Shown: positions 34,958 through 49,079, counted from the stretch's first letter. The stretch is DNA of 64,000 bases from Zancudomyces culisetae HAW-14-8 (GCA_052426225.1 JBNJNM010000021.1:2232001-2296000); one strand, 5' to 3'. Notes: generated by a model not told the origin, from the letters alone. Made by a program: numbers and translations.

Positions 34958-35029
34958 CTCTCGGACCGGGAATTGAACCCGGGTCTCCAATGTGACAGAC
35001 TGGGATACTGACCACTATACTATCCGAGA
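34958..35029 (-). tRNA. tRNA-Asp(GTC)
   Basis: TCTCGGA/TCCGAGA acceptor stem, TAGTATAGTGGT A box, CTGTCAC anticodon loop, GGTTCAATTCC B box and G discriminator; 72 nt. Confidence 0.96.
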
Positions 35030-35520
35030 ATTTTTTTGTTAACGTTTTTATAAAATACTCTAATGCATAGCAGCTTTTTAAATTTTTGAAATGTAATTAG
35101 TAAAATTAGTTATGCAGTTTTTTGTAGTAATCTCACTGCACTACAAGTAACAAGTAATAAATACGTATAACACCATTCAAAATAACTAGAGGCAGCAGAG
35201 ATGGATTGAATATGACCTTGTAGAACTGCGCAAACTCCCTTTTTGAAGTAAGGGAGTAGAGTTGAAGCTTTACTGAGAAGCCGAATTTATTTGATCACAT
35301 TAGATCATTGGATGTACTCTTTTTTTGAAGAATTCTGATTTATTTATTGGTCCAGCTTTCCCCTGCTCATTTGGAGTTATTGTTTACCTAAAAAAAAGTT
35401 TAATCAGTATTATACTTGTCAAACCAACAAAACTCCATAGAAATACGAGGAATCCACCTTTTAACAATTCATTCACCTAGAAATTACAGTAGTACAACTA
35501 CAAATAGATAAATAGTAATA

Positions 35521-36571
35521 ATGTCAATCGCAAAGGTATTTATAAAATTCAGAGATAGTTGTTCAGAGCATCGTCTGGATAGACACCTGACTCTTGGTGA
35601 GCTAAAGTTCCGGCTCGAAACAATCTTGGGGATATTCCACGATGACGCCCAAGTTTCTCTGCAGAGAGGTGAAAACATACTTTGCTCGATGGAAGGAGAC
35701 GATTCTAAAACACTTGGTTGGTTTGGAATGGAGGATCAGGATACAATTTTGGTAATTAACCAGTTTTGACAGATTTTGAAATTAAGTAGATATATATGGT
35801 GAATATATTAGCGAGCAATTAATGGCTTATCACTATTCTCAGTCATTTTTATTAAAAAAGGGAGGGCGGGAATAAAATATGATGTAGGTAACAAGTAAAA
35901 ACACAAACTCTGCGCGGATGATTGTAGATTTCAACGACTTGGATGCCGTAAAAAAGTACGAAATGCCGGACGAGACCTATGAGAAAAGAAAGGATTCGCT
36001 ACTTTCTTTTAAAAAACAAAACCGGTTAGGTAGATTCTCAACTGATAAAGACACGCAAAGTAATGAGGATCTGCACTTTACACCGGGAACCCCACAATAT
36101 GAACATATGCTGACACTTAAGCTTGATCATCGTTGCCAAGTTGAATTCCAAAAAGAGGGTGAACTGGCTCGACGAGGAACGATAAGATTTCTTGGTAACT
36201 ATTTTTTTTAGTTTTGGCTACAATATATAACTATATATAATATATCTTCTCTTTTTTCATTATGCTCTAGAGGAATAACAACTATCTATTCCTGACACCA
36301 AAAGATATTCATGTTGGTAAAGGAGCATGTGCATTGCATTAATTACAACTGGCTGTGAAATATTTGATGTTTTTGTGTAGGAAAAACCGATTTTGCCTCA
36401 GGTGCTTGGGTTGGTGTGGAATTTGACGAACCCCTGGGTAGGAATGATGGAAGTGTAAACGGGATCCGATACTTCACTTGTGTGCCATCATATGGCTCAT
36501 TTGTTAAACCTGAGTTTGTTACCTGTGGAGATTTTCCAGAGGAGCTCGATTTTTCCGATGAAGAACTTTAA
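35521..36571 (+). CDS. ALF1: Tubulin folding cofactor B (Ubl plus CAP-Gly), 3 exons (35521-35751, 35888-36194, 36381-36571)
   Basis: Ubl '[15 protein letters not shown]', '[17 protein letters not shown]', CAP-Gly '[25 protein letters not shown]' and an EEL C-terminus. Introns are in frame. Confidence 0.93.
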
Positions 36572-37066
36572 CCTTATTTGGAGAAACGTTCTTTGTCGCT
36601 TGGCGCATTATTCCTGCTATATGTTTTCTATTTCTTAATTACTTTTTAATTGTATCAGACTTTAGTTGCTAGTTAGTTTACTATGGCATTCCAAGTAGTT
36701 TTGATTACCCAAGTTTGTAAACGAGTACTATCATGGAGAAACAATTGTGTATCTAAATTGATCTTTGTTCACAGGATGTATAGCCATTTCTAAATCCAAA
36801 GAGTTCTTATATTTTAGGGGGATAGCTTTTGTATAAAAAAAATAAACATATGAAATATATATATATACTTTTTCTGTGCAAAAAATGAAGATTATAGTGG
36901 GGATACCACAATAATAAAAAGAATTGTACACAAGAAGATAGGTAGGAGTGTCAACTAATCGAGTATGAGACTGCGAATTGGGAAACCGAAGTGATAGTGG
37001 TAATGGTAGAGGTAGAGGTAGAGATAGAGATAGAGGTAAAAAACGAGTCATGTATTTTCTAAAAAG

Positions 37067-39506
37067 TTAGTGCAAATCAAAAGGATCGGTGTGTACATTC
37101 CAACTTGCTCGCCACTGTCTGTTTAGAAGATTTTTGGCTGACTTGTCATAACCAACAGTAAAGGGGAAGAAGAAGCAAAAAACGGCGAAAATTATGAGAG
37201 AAATTGCCAAAGCGAGCAGTAATCTTGTGTTATGAGCCTTGAAAAGCCAGATTGAAAAGTAGTAAAGTTGGAGAGCCAAAAATAGTACAGCAAAGTACAG
37301 GGCAGGCAGATAGTGATGCAAGTAAGTAACTCTTCCCATGATAAAAAAGGGTATATAATGGAAAAACCAACCAAACCAAAGTAGTTTCGAGGAAAACCAA
37401 TAGTCAGGGTTGTTGAGGAAGACGGACTTGCGGAGAGAGTGGATGTACATTGATGGATGAGAATTGAAGCGAGCAGCAACCAAGGACAGTAAAATGTAGA
37501 TAACAGGAAAGATACAGCATACAAGGGACGAAAGCCACCAGAGTAGAGGATTCCCTATTTCATAGTATTTGATGTCCTTGTCGCCCCAGCCGACCATACG
37601 CATCGGGTGATACAAAAATGGCCAGGCAGATGGAGGTGACTCAATAGCATTGTATTTATCTTTGTCGGCAGTCAGGGCATTGTTGGACCTGCCCATGGCA
37701 TAATTGAGTTGGAAAAAGTCTACAATAACATTTGAGGAAAGATGTTTGCGCATACTTACGTTTGGTAGGTTGAGATTTGAATGACTTTCAACATACCACA
37801 ACGATCCGGACTTTCTGGCTTGTGATTTGGAACAAAACACTTCTTTTTGCGACCAAGCCCACTTTGGTAATCTATAGTTAACTGTGGACAGGTAACAGTC
37901 GTGCTTAAGATTTCTAAGGGTAAAGTATGTAAGCATGGGATGAATTTGGAGACTCTTTTTAAATCTTTTCCTCTTGGTAATCTTTATCTCCCACAAAAAT
38001 GAGCTATCCATCGATCCACTAGTGACATTTCTGCTAGTCACGGCCAATTGATCTAGTTCAGAGTACGATGGATATCCTGGTACAAACATAGATCTGGAGG
38101 TGTTGAAATGTTTAAGTGAAATCATGTCGCCATCCAGCAATTCCAGCTTATTTCCGTGTTTGTTCAAAGAAAGGTTTTCATGAAGATTAATTACAAAAAG
38201 ATTGTTATCGTCGACTCCCGCATATGCATTAACCTGGTAATCTTCCTTATCAATGAATTTGTGATCGTGTGAGTGCAATAACCCAGCTCCCGAATAAAGT
38301 GATCGAAACCTAGCTATTGATTTGTCTGCTACGGCTATCGGCTGACTTTGAAAGTCATGCCCAATAAGCCGCGCTTGAAAGTTTGACGACATCACATGAC
38401 TACCGTTTCCAGTTTTGTATAGCAAGCTGAAGTGCACCAAAAATGTTGCAAAGTATATTACCGCCGGAATAATTATCAAACACAAGATTCTTGCCAGCCA
38501 ATCTAATACATAATCTTCCACAGTGACCGCTTTTGCTTTACCAAATCTCTCCCAAAGCTCCTCAATCGTAGCCAATCCAACCGTAGCATAGCAAAATAAT
38601 CCAATCCATTTGCTGCTCAACACACAACCCAAGCTTAGCCCCGTGAATATCATCCATACCCACCACCATACTCCATACTCCTTTTGTCGTCTAAAAATCG
38701 TATAACACATGATGCTTAAACCCGTAAAAAACATTAGCACTTGATCCAGCAATATGAACTTGCTTATCACGCATATCGCATTGTCAAACAACACAAACAT
38801 TGCTCCCAACGTCGAATAGCTCTTGTTCATTTTTAGACTTCGACAAGTCAGATATGCTATGGGAACTAGACCAATTCCATAAAGCGCCATTTGGACTCTC
38901 ATTGATACGTAATTCACATGAGCAGGGTATTTATGTCCCGACTCAAACTTGAAGCTTCCATCAAACCCAGTTACCTTTTCTGCCAATGCTACAAGCATTT
39001 TTGCTAGCGGTGGATGAACGTCGTGGTAAAATGTTCCATTAATATAGAATGCACCAAACTTTCCAAAATGGGCCTCGTCCCAAGTTACCGAATCACGAAT
39101 TCCTATCTTGTAGAGCCTAGTGAACATTGCGGCTATAGTCAAGAGCACAATTATCGCTATATCTTGTTTACTTTCATGTATCTATTTTTTTTGAAAAAAT
39201 GCAGCCACAAAATAAATACAAATTAGTAAAATTATCTGCCTTAATATTCGCTAAATACCACACCATTATGTATATTGTTTTTAGAATGGTCCTTACAAAT
39301 TCGCTTATTGCCTCTAATGCACCCTGATTTCTAATTCTTCTTGTAGTATGATGTTTGGGGACATCATCCGAAAAGAAATCATAATCTTTCTCCATTTTTA
39401 ATGCCCCCAAATTCTCGTCCATATTGATAACTTCTGCCTCCGTGTCCTCATCCCCATTCGGCTGTCCGCGCTGCCTTCTCTTTACCGGTGGATAATCATT
39501 GTACAT
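37067..39506 (-). CDS. Dolichyl-phosphate-mannose-protein O-mannosyltransferase (PMT1/2 type), intron about 39263-39182
   Basis: 'WDEAHFGKFG..Y....FYHDVHPPLAKML', 'SKFILLD', MIR domains 'LLHSH', and 'MGRVTYLHHYLPALYF'. Confidence 0.93.
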
Positions 39507-41030
39507 CTTTTCGATAATCCAACAAAATAAGGCGTGTATGTCTTAGTATGTTAACAGGTATAAGATTTCAAAATAGCGCTTTTTTTCCCATTTCCCTTCT
39601 ACTAGAGAATTTTAATTCGAAGCTTGCTCCAAAAATTTAAACCTCGAAAATACAAAATTTAGCTGGTGAGATGCTGGAAATCTAGTTTTAAAGTGTTTTG
39701 TTTTGCGCACAAGTTATCACATAGCTCATTTTTATAGGTCCCAACATTGTCAGGTTTTTTTGATTGAGTAAAATCGACAATGGTAAAGTGCGTTCGAATT
39801 TACGCAAATAAACTACATCGAATTATTTTTCTTTGTTCGACAGTTTTTTAACGTTGTCCCAATTTTCTAATTTCCCAACACCCCAACCTTGTATTATATT
39901 TATAATGTCATATAATGAGTAGACATCCTTTTATGTTTACCATTTACATAAGCATTAGTATATTTTAATATTACGTTTGCGTAGGTACTCATTATTATCA
40001 TATACTACTTATTTGTTTTGCGTATATTTTAAATGCTTTTTTGTAGTTTGCACCTAAATATTATTAATTGTTTGTATGCACGTATTATGATCTGTGCATA
40101 TTTTATTAGTACTATTTGGTATTTTTCGTTTATGCAAAACAGCCAAGTATACAGCTGTCGAGTTTACTCTTATGAATATGCATACCTTTTTATCTATATG
40201 ATTTGTTCTATGTCTGGTTAAAAAGTGAGATAGTAGTTTAATAGTATACTTGGATTTCCAATTATTTAAATTTTATTTAAATAGTTGGCTAAAAAAGCCT
40301 AGAAAGAAAAAAAATCAATAAATTAAAGTCGACTTTTACACAGAACCTTATGGCAATATAATGAAAACCTAAATAATAAATAGAAAACAATATATTAATG
40401 AAACAAAAGCTGTGAAGCTGGGCTTCTGATTACAGCAAAGCCCACACAAAAGTGGGATAGCGCATTCAAAGCTTATTATTCAGACATTTCTACAACATTG
40501 TTTCGCTGTGAAATACAATTGTACAAGCAGGAAAAAAAAGTGTAATAAGGATCAAGTTCATCAGCCAGTATGGATATCCAACAATAAAACATACCTTGTA
40601 CTTTATCTGCATTTTTTCACCACTGATACCAGACTCGTCTCTGTGGGAACTGGCAGGCTATTTATTTCTAAATTGCTGCTCGTATGCCACTATCTTGGTG
40701 TTTCTGGTCTTTTTTCAAAGATGTTGATAGCTATTGTTGTACCTCGTATTAATTTGCTAAGTAATGGCATGTTGATCCTTTAAGTTTGTAGACAGGTTTA
40801 AAAAAAAAGTCAAATTCTATGTTGCACGATTATGCCAAGTATCTATTTTTTTGTTGATTTTTTTCTATGCATTTTGCTAGAGAAATAAGCTTAGATCGCA
40901 AAAAAAAAATTCGAAATCGGCTTTTTTAAACATTCAGAATAAAGAGCAAATTGAAATAAAAAGAATACCTTTCCCCAATTTTGTCAAGAAAACATCTTTA
41001 TGATTTAGAAAAAGGAAAATATACCAAACA

Positions 41031-41975
41031 ATGATTAAAATTAATCATTTACCATTACGGGATCTATTCAAGGTGGGAAACACGCTCGCTTACGGTGGAC
41101 CCATCATAAAAAATATTAGAAATTTTCATGTAGCAAATCTATCAAGGAATGAGAATACTGAAACAAATTTAGAGCCATACAAACAAGATCATTTTTACAA
41201 GAAAATTTATGACAAAGTTGATGCAATCCATGAACTTAAGGAGCTCAGCAGGATTAGAATGAACAAAGAACTGCGAATACCGGAGGAAGATGCGCGAAAG
41301 CTAAGATTAGAGGAATTTAATTCATTAAAAACCGTTGAAGAAAAAAAGAAATTTGAAGAGGAATTTTACAAGGAGAGGTTTCTGTATTGCGCAAAGGTAT
41401 TGCAAATGGCAATATTTCAAACAACCAAAAACTTTCCAAAACATATTATAAATTCGAGCCATTTATATGTCAAAGATGACGGACGGAGTTTGGCAGCAAC
41501 AACCAATAACCCAAAAATAATTCATCTAAAGAAAGTTGGATCGAACATGCCAGAAAATACTATAAAGCTGATGATTCCCACCGGTCTCCTAGGCGAATAT
41601 GTATCGAGTATAAAATTTATTAAATGCCTTAGATTTGTTGACAAGTATCGACTAAGAACGACTTTTTTGAAATATTCAGATAATTCAACATTTGCCAACA
41701 ACGAAATCAATCCGCTCAAATTGAAGAGTTATATAGAAAACCACGATATTTTTGTACCTAGAATAAAACGAAAAAAGGTAAGAAAACCCATAGTACAAAA
41801 CTATATGTGTTTAGCGCCCGAAATTTACCAACAACTTCAAGAGCAATATGACAGGGAGATTGAAGAAAAGAAGGCGTCGTCTGAAAATGATATCTCTTCA
41901 TCTACTCCATCCTCCTCCTCTACACCTCCTCCTTCTCCTTCTTCCTCTCCTTCAGATCACAAATCTACCACATAG
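41031..41975 (+). CDS. Hypothetical protein (314 aa), possibly mitochondrial
   Basis: Intronless ATG ORF with a presequence-like '...IRNFHVANLSR'. No recognised domain. Confidence 0.65.
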   Translation: MIKINHLPLRDLFKVGNTLAYGGPIIKNIRNFHVANLSRNENTETNLEPYKQDHFYKKIYDKVDAIHELKELSRIRMNKELRIPEEDARKLRLEEFNSLKTVEEKKKFEEEFYKERFLYCAKVLQMAIFQTTKNFPKHIINSSHLYVKDDGRSLAATTNNPKIIHLKKVGSNMPENTIKLMIPTGLLGEYVSSIKFIKCLRFVDKYRLRTTFLKYSDNSTFANNEINPLKLKSYIENHDIFVPRIKRKKVRKPIVQNYMCLAPEIYQQLQEQYDREIEEKKASSENDISSSTPSSSSTPPPSPSSSPSDHKSTT

Positions 41976-42331
41976 TCTAGCTTGCTGCCTTTTACAGATT
42001 AAATGACTTTTTTCCCTGTTGGTAAGACAACTTGTAAAACCCCAACCTACCCACACGTGCCTCTAGGTTCATACAAAGTTATCTTTGTCATTCGTCGAAC
42101 GTGTATATCGCATAGTTATAGCTTTTGTTCATTTTTTTCTCTTAATGGAGTTTATTTTCTTCGCTTTAACATAGAATTTTTATAAATAAATATTATATCT
42201 AGAATACAAGAAAATTTGAAAATCGAACTGCTACAAAAAATCCAAAAAGACCGCGTGACGTCAACTTTCCTGGTAGTAAGTTTATTCAGGTGTACTCTCT
42301 ATGCCTCAAAAAAAAGGATACTCCCTCCTCT

Positions 42332-43680
42332 CTAGAAAAAATTGGGACCATTTGGAGGCATAAACTCGTCTTTATCTGGATCACCGCTAAATGTTCCACC
42401 CCTATTTCCAGGTTTTCTTATACCCGGGATGTTTCCAAAAGGTACAATAGGATCAAACCTGGCTCCAGGTGGAACAGCTCCACGTGGAAGTGTTTGTGGG
42501 CCGCCAGGAATGCCAGAACCCACGCTATCATGTCTTTGGCCCCTTGGTCCGAATATCGGATGGTTAGGACCCACTATGCTTCCACCTCCCTCTACTCCCT
42601 CACCGAAACCTCTAATAACATGGTAGATATATTAGTAGTAGCTTCACGGTTGCCATCAGCTTATTCACCACATCTCCTTATTTAAAACATACAAGGTTAC
42701 TCACCTTCCAATTCCGGAAAAATCGCCATGTAAATCCGTCCTTCCCACTTCAAGTGGGTTTACTCCACTATTTATTTAGGTTATAAAATTATGATACTTT
42801 TTTGTACTTTTTTCAATAATAAATCGATAGAGAAAAAAAAGAGTAAGAAAAGCAGTATTTAAAACATAATTTTGTAATTCTTACTACAGGAAACGGCCCT
42901 GATGAAGTGCAATAGCTTCACCCTTAGATACATCTTGTTTTTTGCTTACTTCTTCATCTAAAACTCTGCTTGAACACGTATCGGTAAAATTTTTTGTACA
43001 GAAATATTGTTCGACACGTTAGTTTACTCATACTTCTTTAACATATCGCGTTTTAAACACCAATAACACCGTGTATTAGGAAACAGAAATGTAGGCAACT
43101 TACTCTGTGTAGGTAGGCACAATACCAGGAAAGTGTGGTTCAACCAATTGGCGTAAAAAGTTGCGCCTAAAGCCTTTAAATCCTTTTACGTGTGCACACA
43201 CCCCGCTCATGGCATTCTTGTCATCAACAGAAACACTTAAAGGAAACTGGATTCCCTTTTCGATCAACTGGTCAGTCTCAAAGCTAAGCGTTTTCGCCTC
43301 TTTACTCTAATTTGTACATAAATAACCAGGTTTCTAGTCGCTGTATTTACAAAATTTAAAGATATTGCCTTTTCTACTATTTATATACAGTACTTAATAG
43401 TATACACCTTACCCCACTTGGGATACTGTTTACCACTACGATATCATCTACAAAGTTCCATATGACACTAAATTTTTTCTTGGTACCACCTTGACTAAGA
43501 AAATATTCTGCTTTTGTATCCCAGTTCGTGTCCAAGAGGTTTTTTTTTTCCTGTGAAATCGACATTATCAATTGAAAGCCCTTCGCCCACACCTTTTGAA
43601 AATATAAAGCCCTCATTCTTTAAAATACAATTGCATATTTGAACAATTAATTGTTCCTTAGAATAATACTTCGCCTCCAT
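42332..43680 (-). CDS. Proteasome inhibitor PI31 (PSMF1/Fub1-like), about 5 exons, with an apparent frameshift in exon 1
   Basis: C-terminal 'GPNHPIFG...LPRGAVPPGARFDPIVPFG...DPDKDEFMPP..NFF', 'NPLEVGRTDL' in an upstream exon, and N-terminal 'GFIFSKGVGE'. GT-AG introns are present, e.g. 43412-43307. Confidence 0.85.
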
Positions 43681-44530
43681 TCTTTTTTTCTATTGTTCGT
43701 TCTACCGTTCTTTTATTGTGTGGTAAACTGTTGATCTTTATCCTTTACAAGTAAAGTTTAGTATTAAAGAGATGTATTGAGTGACCAAAAGATGTATTAT
43801 TTTTTGCTGCATCCCGTCCAATTACTTGTAGTTTTTACCTGAGGATTGGGTTTTTGGTATTCCTTTTTTTTATTTCCTTGCTTTGCGCTGCAAATAAAGA
43901 GGTTAAAGTAAAAGAAGGTAATTGGCTGAAAATCGGCAAATAATTTTCCGTTTATTTCATGCGATATTCTATGGCCACAAGTCTATCACAAAAAACGGGA
44001 GCATTTGCAGTCACACTTGCATCGAGTATTATAGTCTGAAAGGAATCCAAATGGGTGGCCGGATGAGTGGATGGGACGTTTGTATTGATGAACCAAACTT
44101 GGTAGCTAAAACTGCACCATTGTTCTCTTTTTTAACATTTGATGCTTATAGCACTCTTGATCCCTTCTCTCCGCCGAGGATCACAGCACAGATAAACAGA
44201 ATACAATACACACAATATTAGGGGCCAAGACTGTATTCTCAAGAGACAAAATAGCAACTTTTTTTTAGTTTAGTACAGCTTAGCGTAGTAAAAAGGCGCG
44301 ACTCGTTTGTATATCAAGAGTAAAAATGATTACATTGCATTCTTTTTTAATCAAAAAATCAATTACCACAAAAAATTTTTAAAAAAATACAATATAAGTG
44401 CAGGTATGCATGTGTGTGTGTATAAGTATGTGTATATGTATTACACCTGACACGAAATGTTTCTAACTATGCAATCCTATAAAATAAACACCGTGAAGGT
44501 AAAACACATTGGATTTATTACACAAAGATT

Positions 44531-46840
44531 CTAGTTCTTCTTCGAGTTGGTATTGTTCATTGGCCAAGAAAAAGAATCTTGAGCCGAGGACTCGATTATA
44601 GGGGTATTTCCAAACGGAATTGGACTAAAACCACCACCTTGGTTATAAAAATCGGGACACAAAGTGCTTGGAGAAGGAAGGCTCTGAGCAAACTCGATCA
44701 ATGCGGCGGTATGTGGACCGGCTTCTTGGGCATTGTCTCGATCCTGGGCTTGGGACTCACTACCTTTTTCGGAAAATAGACCCTTTATGTTTACCTTTAA
44801 CCCATTATTTGCAGCTGTTTTGGAGGACATGGAGAGGGATGCAGCACCTCGAGCTTTTGCCTTGAGCCTATCAAGAACTGGGTTTCTAATGTTATTTTTC
44901 GGTGATTTTTGGGTTTCTGGGTCAAGAACATCCAATTGTGTATCCGTTTTGTACGAAGCGTTGGATTCACAGGAGACCTCTCCTGTTGAATTGGATGTGA
45001 TACCCGCTTCAGCAGCTGCGTCAAATGTGTTGGTTATTAGATAATCACTGTTTGTAGTCATTTCCACCAGTGACAGCTTTCTTTTAGTACCACTTGCTTC
45101 TGTACGCAAAGTAGAGTCGGTAGATGGTAAATCCAAGTTATCACTATTGACAGATGTATTTAAATTTTTGGAGGCTGCGTCTTTAGAGAGGGTGTAGTTG
45201 CTCCTTACGGCATCAGAGTGTCTATGTGGACGGGAGCGCTGAGAGGCATTGTTGGCTTTTTGGGCTAAATCCATGTTGGCAGTTGCTACACGCTGAGATG
45301 AGTCGATACCATCAAAATATCTATTTGACTCAGGATTCCCCTCGACAGAAGTTGGACTGGCAGGATTTATCCGCGGACTTTTGCTAAAATCTGTGCTGTT
45401 TCTTTGATTTACAAGTCTACCATTACTCTCACCTGCCATGGTAAATTCTGACCCTGCATCCTCAGAAATATCTGCTCGTCGAAGCGGATTTTGTGAAAAA
45501 GAAGCACGTTGTCCGTATCCTTGGGTGAGTGGAGAGGTTATAGAAGCTGCTCCTTGAGCAGTCGAAAGCCCATCAACATGTTCGCCAGCATCCATGTCCA
45601 TTTGCGGTTGACTTGAATCTCTTCTTCTCTGGGCAGAATGTTGGGGTTGATCATTTCTATTTCTGTACACATTGCTATTATAACCTACGTACCCTCCTTT
45701 ATTATTGTTATATCCATAATAACCGTTTGGATATTGTTGTCCTAGATGTGCCCTGTAGTTACTATCCCTGCGATACCTCATTGGTCCAGTCATATTACTA
45801 TGTTGTGCTACCCCATCATATAAGTAAACAGGTACATATCCTGGCCCTGTTACGTTGGGCTGATAGTATGGCATCTGTGGATGTTGTTGCATATAAAACG
45901 ATGTTGCATCTCTCCCCCGTCCATACACGGGATTGACCATATAGTCTACTCCATTTTCCATTCCTTGATAATTAACATACGAAACTCCAGCTTGATTATT
46001 GAGCTGGAGTACACCAGGGATATCCACTTCTCCATCATCATTGATATATCCTCCCTCGCTTCTCATGGTTGAGTTCATGTACATTCTTCCATCTACAGGT
46101 GGTTCTGATGATTGCCTTCTGTATGGATAGTCTACAGAGCTACCTGGCAGTATAGTTGGGCCGTTTTCAGATTTCTTCAAGCTTTGTGCGTCTATAGTGA
46201 TTGATTTTTGTAGTTTCAAACCGCTACTGCCGTCATCGAGCTCGGCATTCCCACTGACGACGCCTCCATCTAATTGATTGCTAGTAACAGTTGACTGACT
46301 TCGATTCCTAACCTCTTTTCCCATTGAATAGTTCAGTAGGACATTCGGGTCTGCTTCTTCTAGTATTTTGTTGGCATCCAACTTGCCCTGTCCAGATGAT
46401 ATACTCGACCCTGTCTTATTTTTCGAAGAAGTTTTATTGTGTTCTTTTTCGCCACCAGTATATGAGCTGCTTTGTCTGTTTAAATTTTTAGATGCACTAC
46501 TCATTACTGATGAGAGACGCTTGCTTTTTGAGTGGGTGCCCAACGATTGAATTGCTGTTTCATCGTCTGCTTCATTAAATAAGTTGATACAATCTGAGTT
46601 AGTGTAGCTCTCATGAGGCTCACCATAGTCGGTGTATCTCAGTAGCGTTCTGTTCATGTCAGTGCTCGCATATTGAACCAGCCTTCCCTGTGAGCTAAAT
46701 ATTATCAAAGCTATCTCACACTCACATAATGTACTCAGCTCATAGGCCTTTTTCATAAGCCCCGCCTTTCTCTTCAAAAATGTGACTTGTTTATTTCGTT
46801 TGTCTGTTATAGCTTCTATCTTAATTTTCTTTCTTCCCAT
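44531..46840 (-). CDS. MEF2-type MADS-box transcription factor (Rlm1/Smp1-like)
   Basis: '[39 protein letters not shown]' plus the MEF2 domain '[14 protein letters not shown]...PHESYTN' and a C-terminal '[10 protein letters not shown]'. Confidence 0.95.
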   Translation of the reverse strand: MGRKKIKIEAITDKRNKQVTFLKRKAGLMKKAYELSTLCECEIALIIFSSQGRLVQYASTDMNRTLLRYTDYGEPHESYTNSDCINLFNEADDETAIQSLGTHSKSKRLSSVMSSASKNLNRQSSSYTGGEKEHNKTSSKNKTGSSISSGQGKLDANKILEEADPNVLLNYSMGKEVRNRSQSTVTSNQLDGGVVSGNAELDDGSSGLKLQKSITIDAQSLKKSENGPTILPGSSVDYPYRRQSSEPPVDGRMYMNSTMRSEGGYINDDGEVDIPGVLQLNNQAGVSYVNYQGMENGVDYMVNPVYGRGRDATSFYMQQHPQMPYYQPNVTGPGYVPVYLYDGVAQHSNMTGPMRYRRDSNYRAHLGQQYPNGYYGYNNNKGGYVGYNSNVYRNRNDQPQHSAQRRRDSSQPQMDMDAGEHVDGLSTAQGAASITSPLTQGYGQRASFSQNPLRRADISEDAGSEFTMAGESNGRLVNQRNSTDFSKSPRINPASPTSVEGNPESNRYFDGIDSSQRVATANMDLAQKANNASQRSRPHRHSDAVRSNYTLSKDAASKNLNTSVNSDNLDLPSTDSTLRTEASGTKRKLSLVEMTTNSDYLITNTFDAAAEAGITSNSTGEVSCESNASYKTDTQLDVLDPETQKSPKNNIRNPVLDRLKAKARGAASLSMSSKTAANNGLKVNIKGLFSEKGSESQAQDRDNAQEAGPHTAALIEFAQSLPSPSTLCPDFYNQGGGFSPIPFGNTPIIESSAQDSFSWPMNNTNSKKN

Positions 46841-49079
46841 TTTTATTATGCTAACTGTTTGTGATCTTTAATTATACAGCGAATTTCTATTTATAAAACA
46901 CAGAAATTCTGTTTTATAAATTTTCCGCATCAAAGACGAGGGAATAACCGTTCTATTTAAAATATTTGGGTTATGCCGTTTTTTTAATTTTGCTTCTATA
47001 AAAAATTTTTTCTAGTATTTATAGCAGTGTTTCGATTTCTGCTATTCTAAAAATAAATCAAGTGAGAAAAGCGTATTTGAATGATTGGCTCCGGAATTTG
47101 ATGATTAAATTTGATGAAGCAAATCGATGCATTTGACAAGTGCTATTTGGCTACCTAGTTTCCACTTTGGCTTGCAAGGTTTTTAAATTTTTTCGTTTCA
47201 CCTTGTGCTTTCCTTGCGCAATATTTTCATACCGGCTGCTACAATTATCGGATTTTTGTAACCGGTTGAAGATAATTATGTAAATTAGTGAAATGCGTTA
47301 TATAATCGGTAAATAACTAATGTCTTTTGAAGTTTTTGTTTTTACCAACATTTCACATTAAAAACGTTCTATCCTTGTAGAACGTCTGCTGTACTATTCT
47401 ATTTTTAAATAAAGTTGTCGACTAGATGTATGGTTTACAAAACATTTGTCAATTAGATAACGGATGTCTAATTTGGGCTTATGGGAATTTTTTTTTTAAA
47501 AACTCTTGCAAACTGACTCTTCCAAAAGACGCGAAAGTGAAATATAAAAAAAAAAGAACTGTAGGTGCGAAAAAAATACATATCCTGGTCTAAAATACAC
47601 GACCTGATCAGGGGTTATGCAAAGTTTTATGACTCGACTAAATATGTGAAGTAAAGCTAGTGGCAATATATCTGAGTTCAAATTGGGATCTATTTCAATC
47701 CAAAAATGGGAATTTCCAAGTAAAGCAGTCATTTGCAGTTGCATATGCCTCATTCTACGTTTCTGATCAGTAAGCCATTTATTTTTAATAAAAATATAAT
47801 TGTGTTGCTATTCTAAAAATAACGTCTTGGAATCAATGTGATTATCGGCAATTCTCTTTTGTCTCCTAGTGGTAGAATAGTGGGATGGCTATAATACGCA
47901 TTTTTTGTCACTGAGTGCATGGGAAGCGATTGTAAAGTTTAAAATGTACCAAGGCTTTATGTGTGTACAGTGCTATCACGAGAAAGAATTTAGCAAAGAT
48001 AATTCCCAAACCCCCTCCCCAGCAATTTTGTTTGTGACCTATTTTTATTTGACAGATTTAAAACACCTAAACACGATTTTATTCACTCATTCAGAAGGAA
48101 AATATATGCGTTCAGTTTATTCTGGCATTTTGTTTAGCGAACCAGAAATAATGCATCAAATCAAGGGAGTTTACATTAGCTAGTATCGCTGGATTTTTTT
48201 GTTGCGAAGCATTCAGTAGTTTCCTTATTATGCCAGTTTGCGAAGATAAAGCCGATATAATCACAGCATCTGCAGAGTGTCATCTTTATATTGCCGAAAA
48301 GGTATTGTTGGCTATTAATAATGTGCATATACAGATTGGGGGGAGGTTTGCTCAATGAGTTTATTCTGAACATGCACTGATTGAACAAAAGATAGCATCT
48401 ATAAACACAAGCATGATTCTGAGTTTTACCCAAAGCTACATTTGAAGGTCCATAATTGGCTTTGTTATCTTGGGTCTCGTTCCGGACGCTTTCGGTTATT
48501 TTTTTTCTTAATCTTTGTCTTGATTAGTCGGGTTATTAGGTAACTCGGAATCTTTTCTCAACTTAACCAACTTTCCTAAATTCAGGCATAACTAACACCA
48601 TATGAATACAAATTAACTAAGTACGTACAAAGATAACAGAAAAACCCAAAAATTCTCTAAAGTTCAAAACCTGGGTAGCTGACTATTGTGAGAGCTAAAT
48701 AAAACATTGGATTGCGGTTACAACACCTGCACATGCTCAAGCATAAACCTTAGAAATGTAAAAATGTTTTGATTTATGACTGGTTCGATCTAGAATACAA
48801 GTGCTTATACATTATCACGACTAGTAGCTACAGCCATGTGCTAAACCTCAGCTGAGAAAGAAATTACAAACGTATTTTTAAATGATTTGCAGCTAGTCAA
48901 AATTTACTCTGTATAACGGGAAGAGGTGGGGGAGTGTAAAACGCTTTGCCTATATAAATATAAAAGCAAATGATCGGCAATTATCAGAGCACTACCTGTA
49001 TATTCATTTTTGATTAGTAAAAGGCGTTCCTTTATGATCACGTTTGTAGCTAAAAATAAAATGAGATAATTTATTAGAA

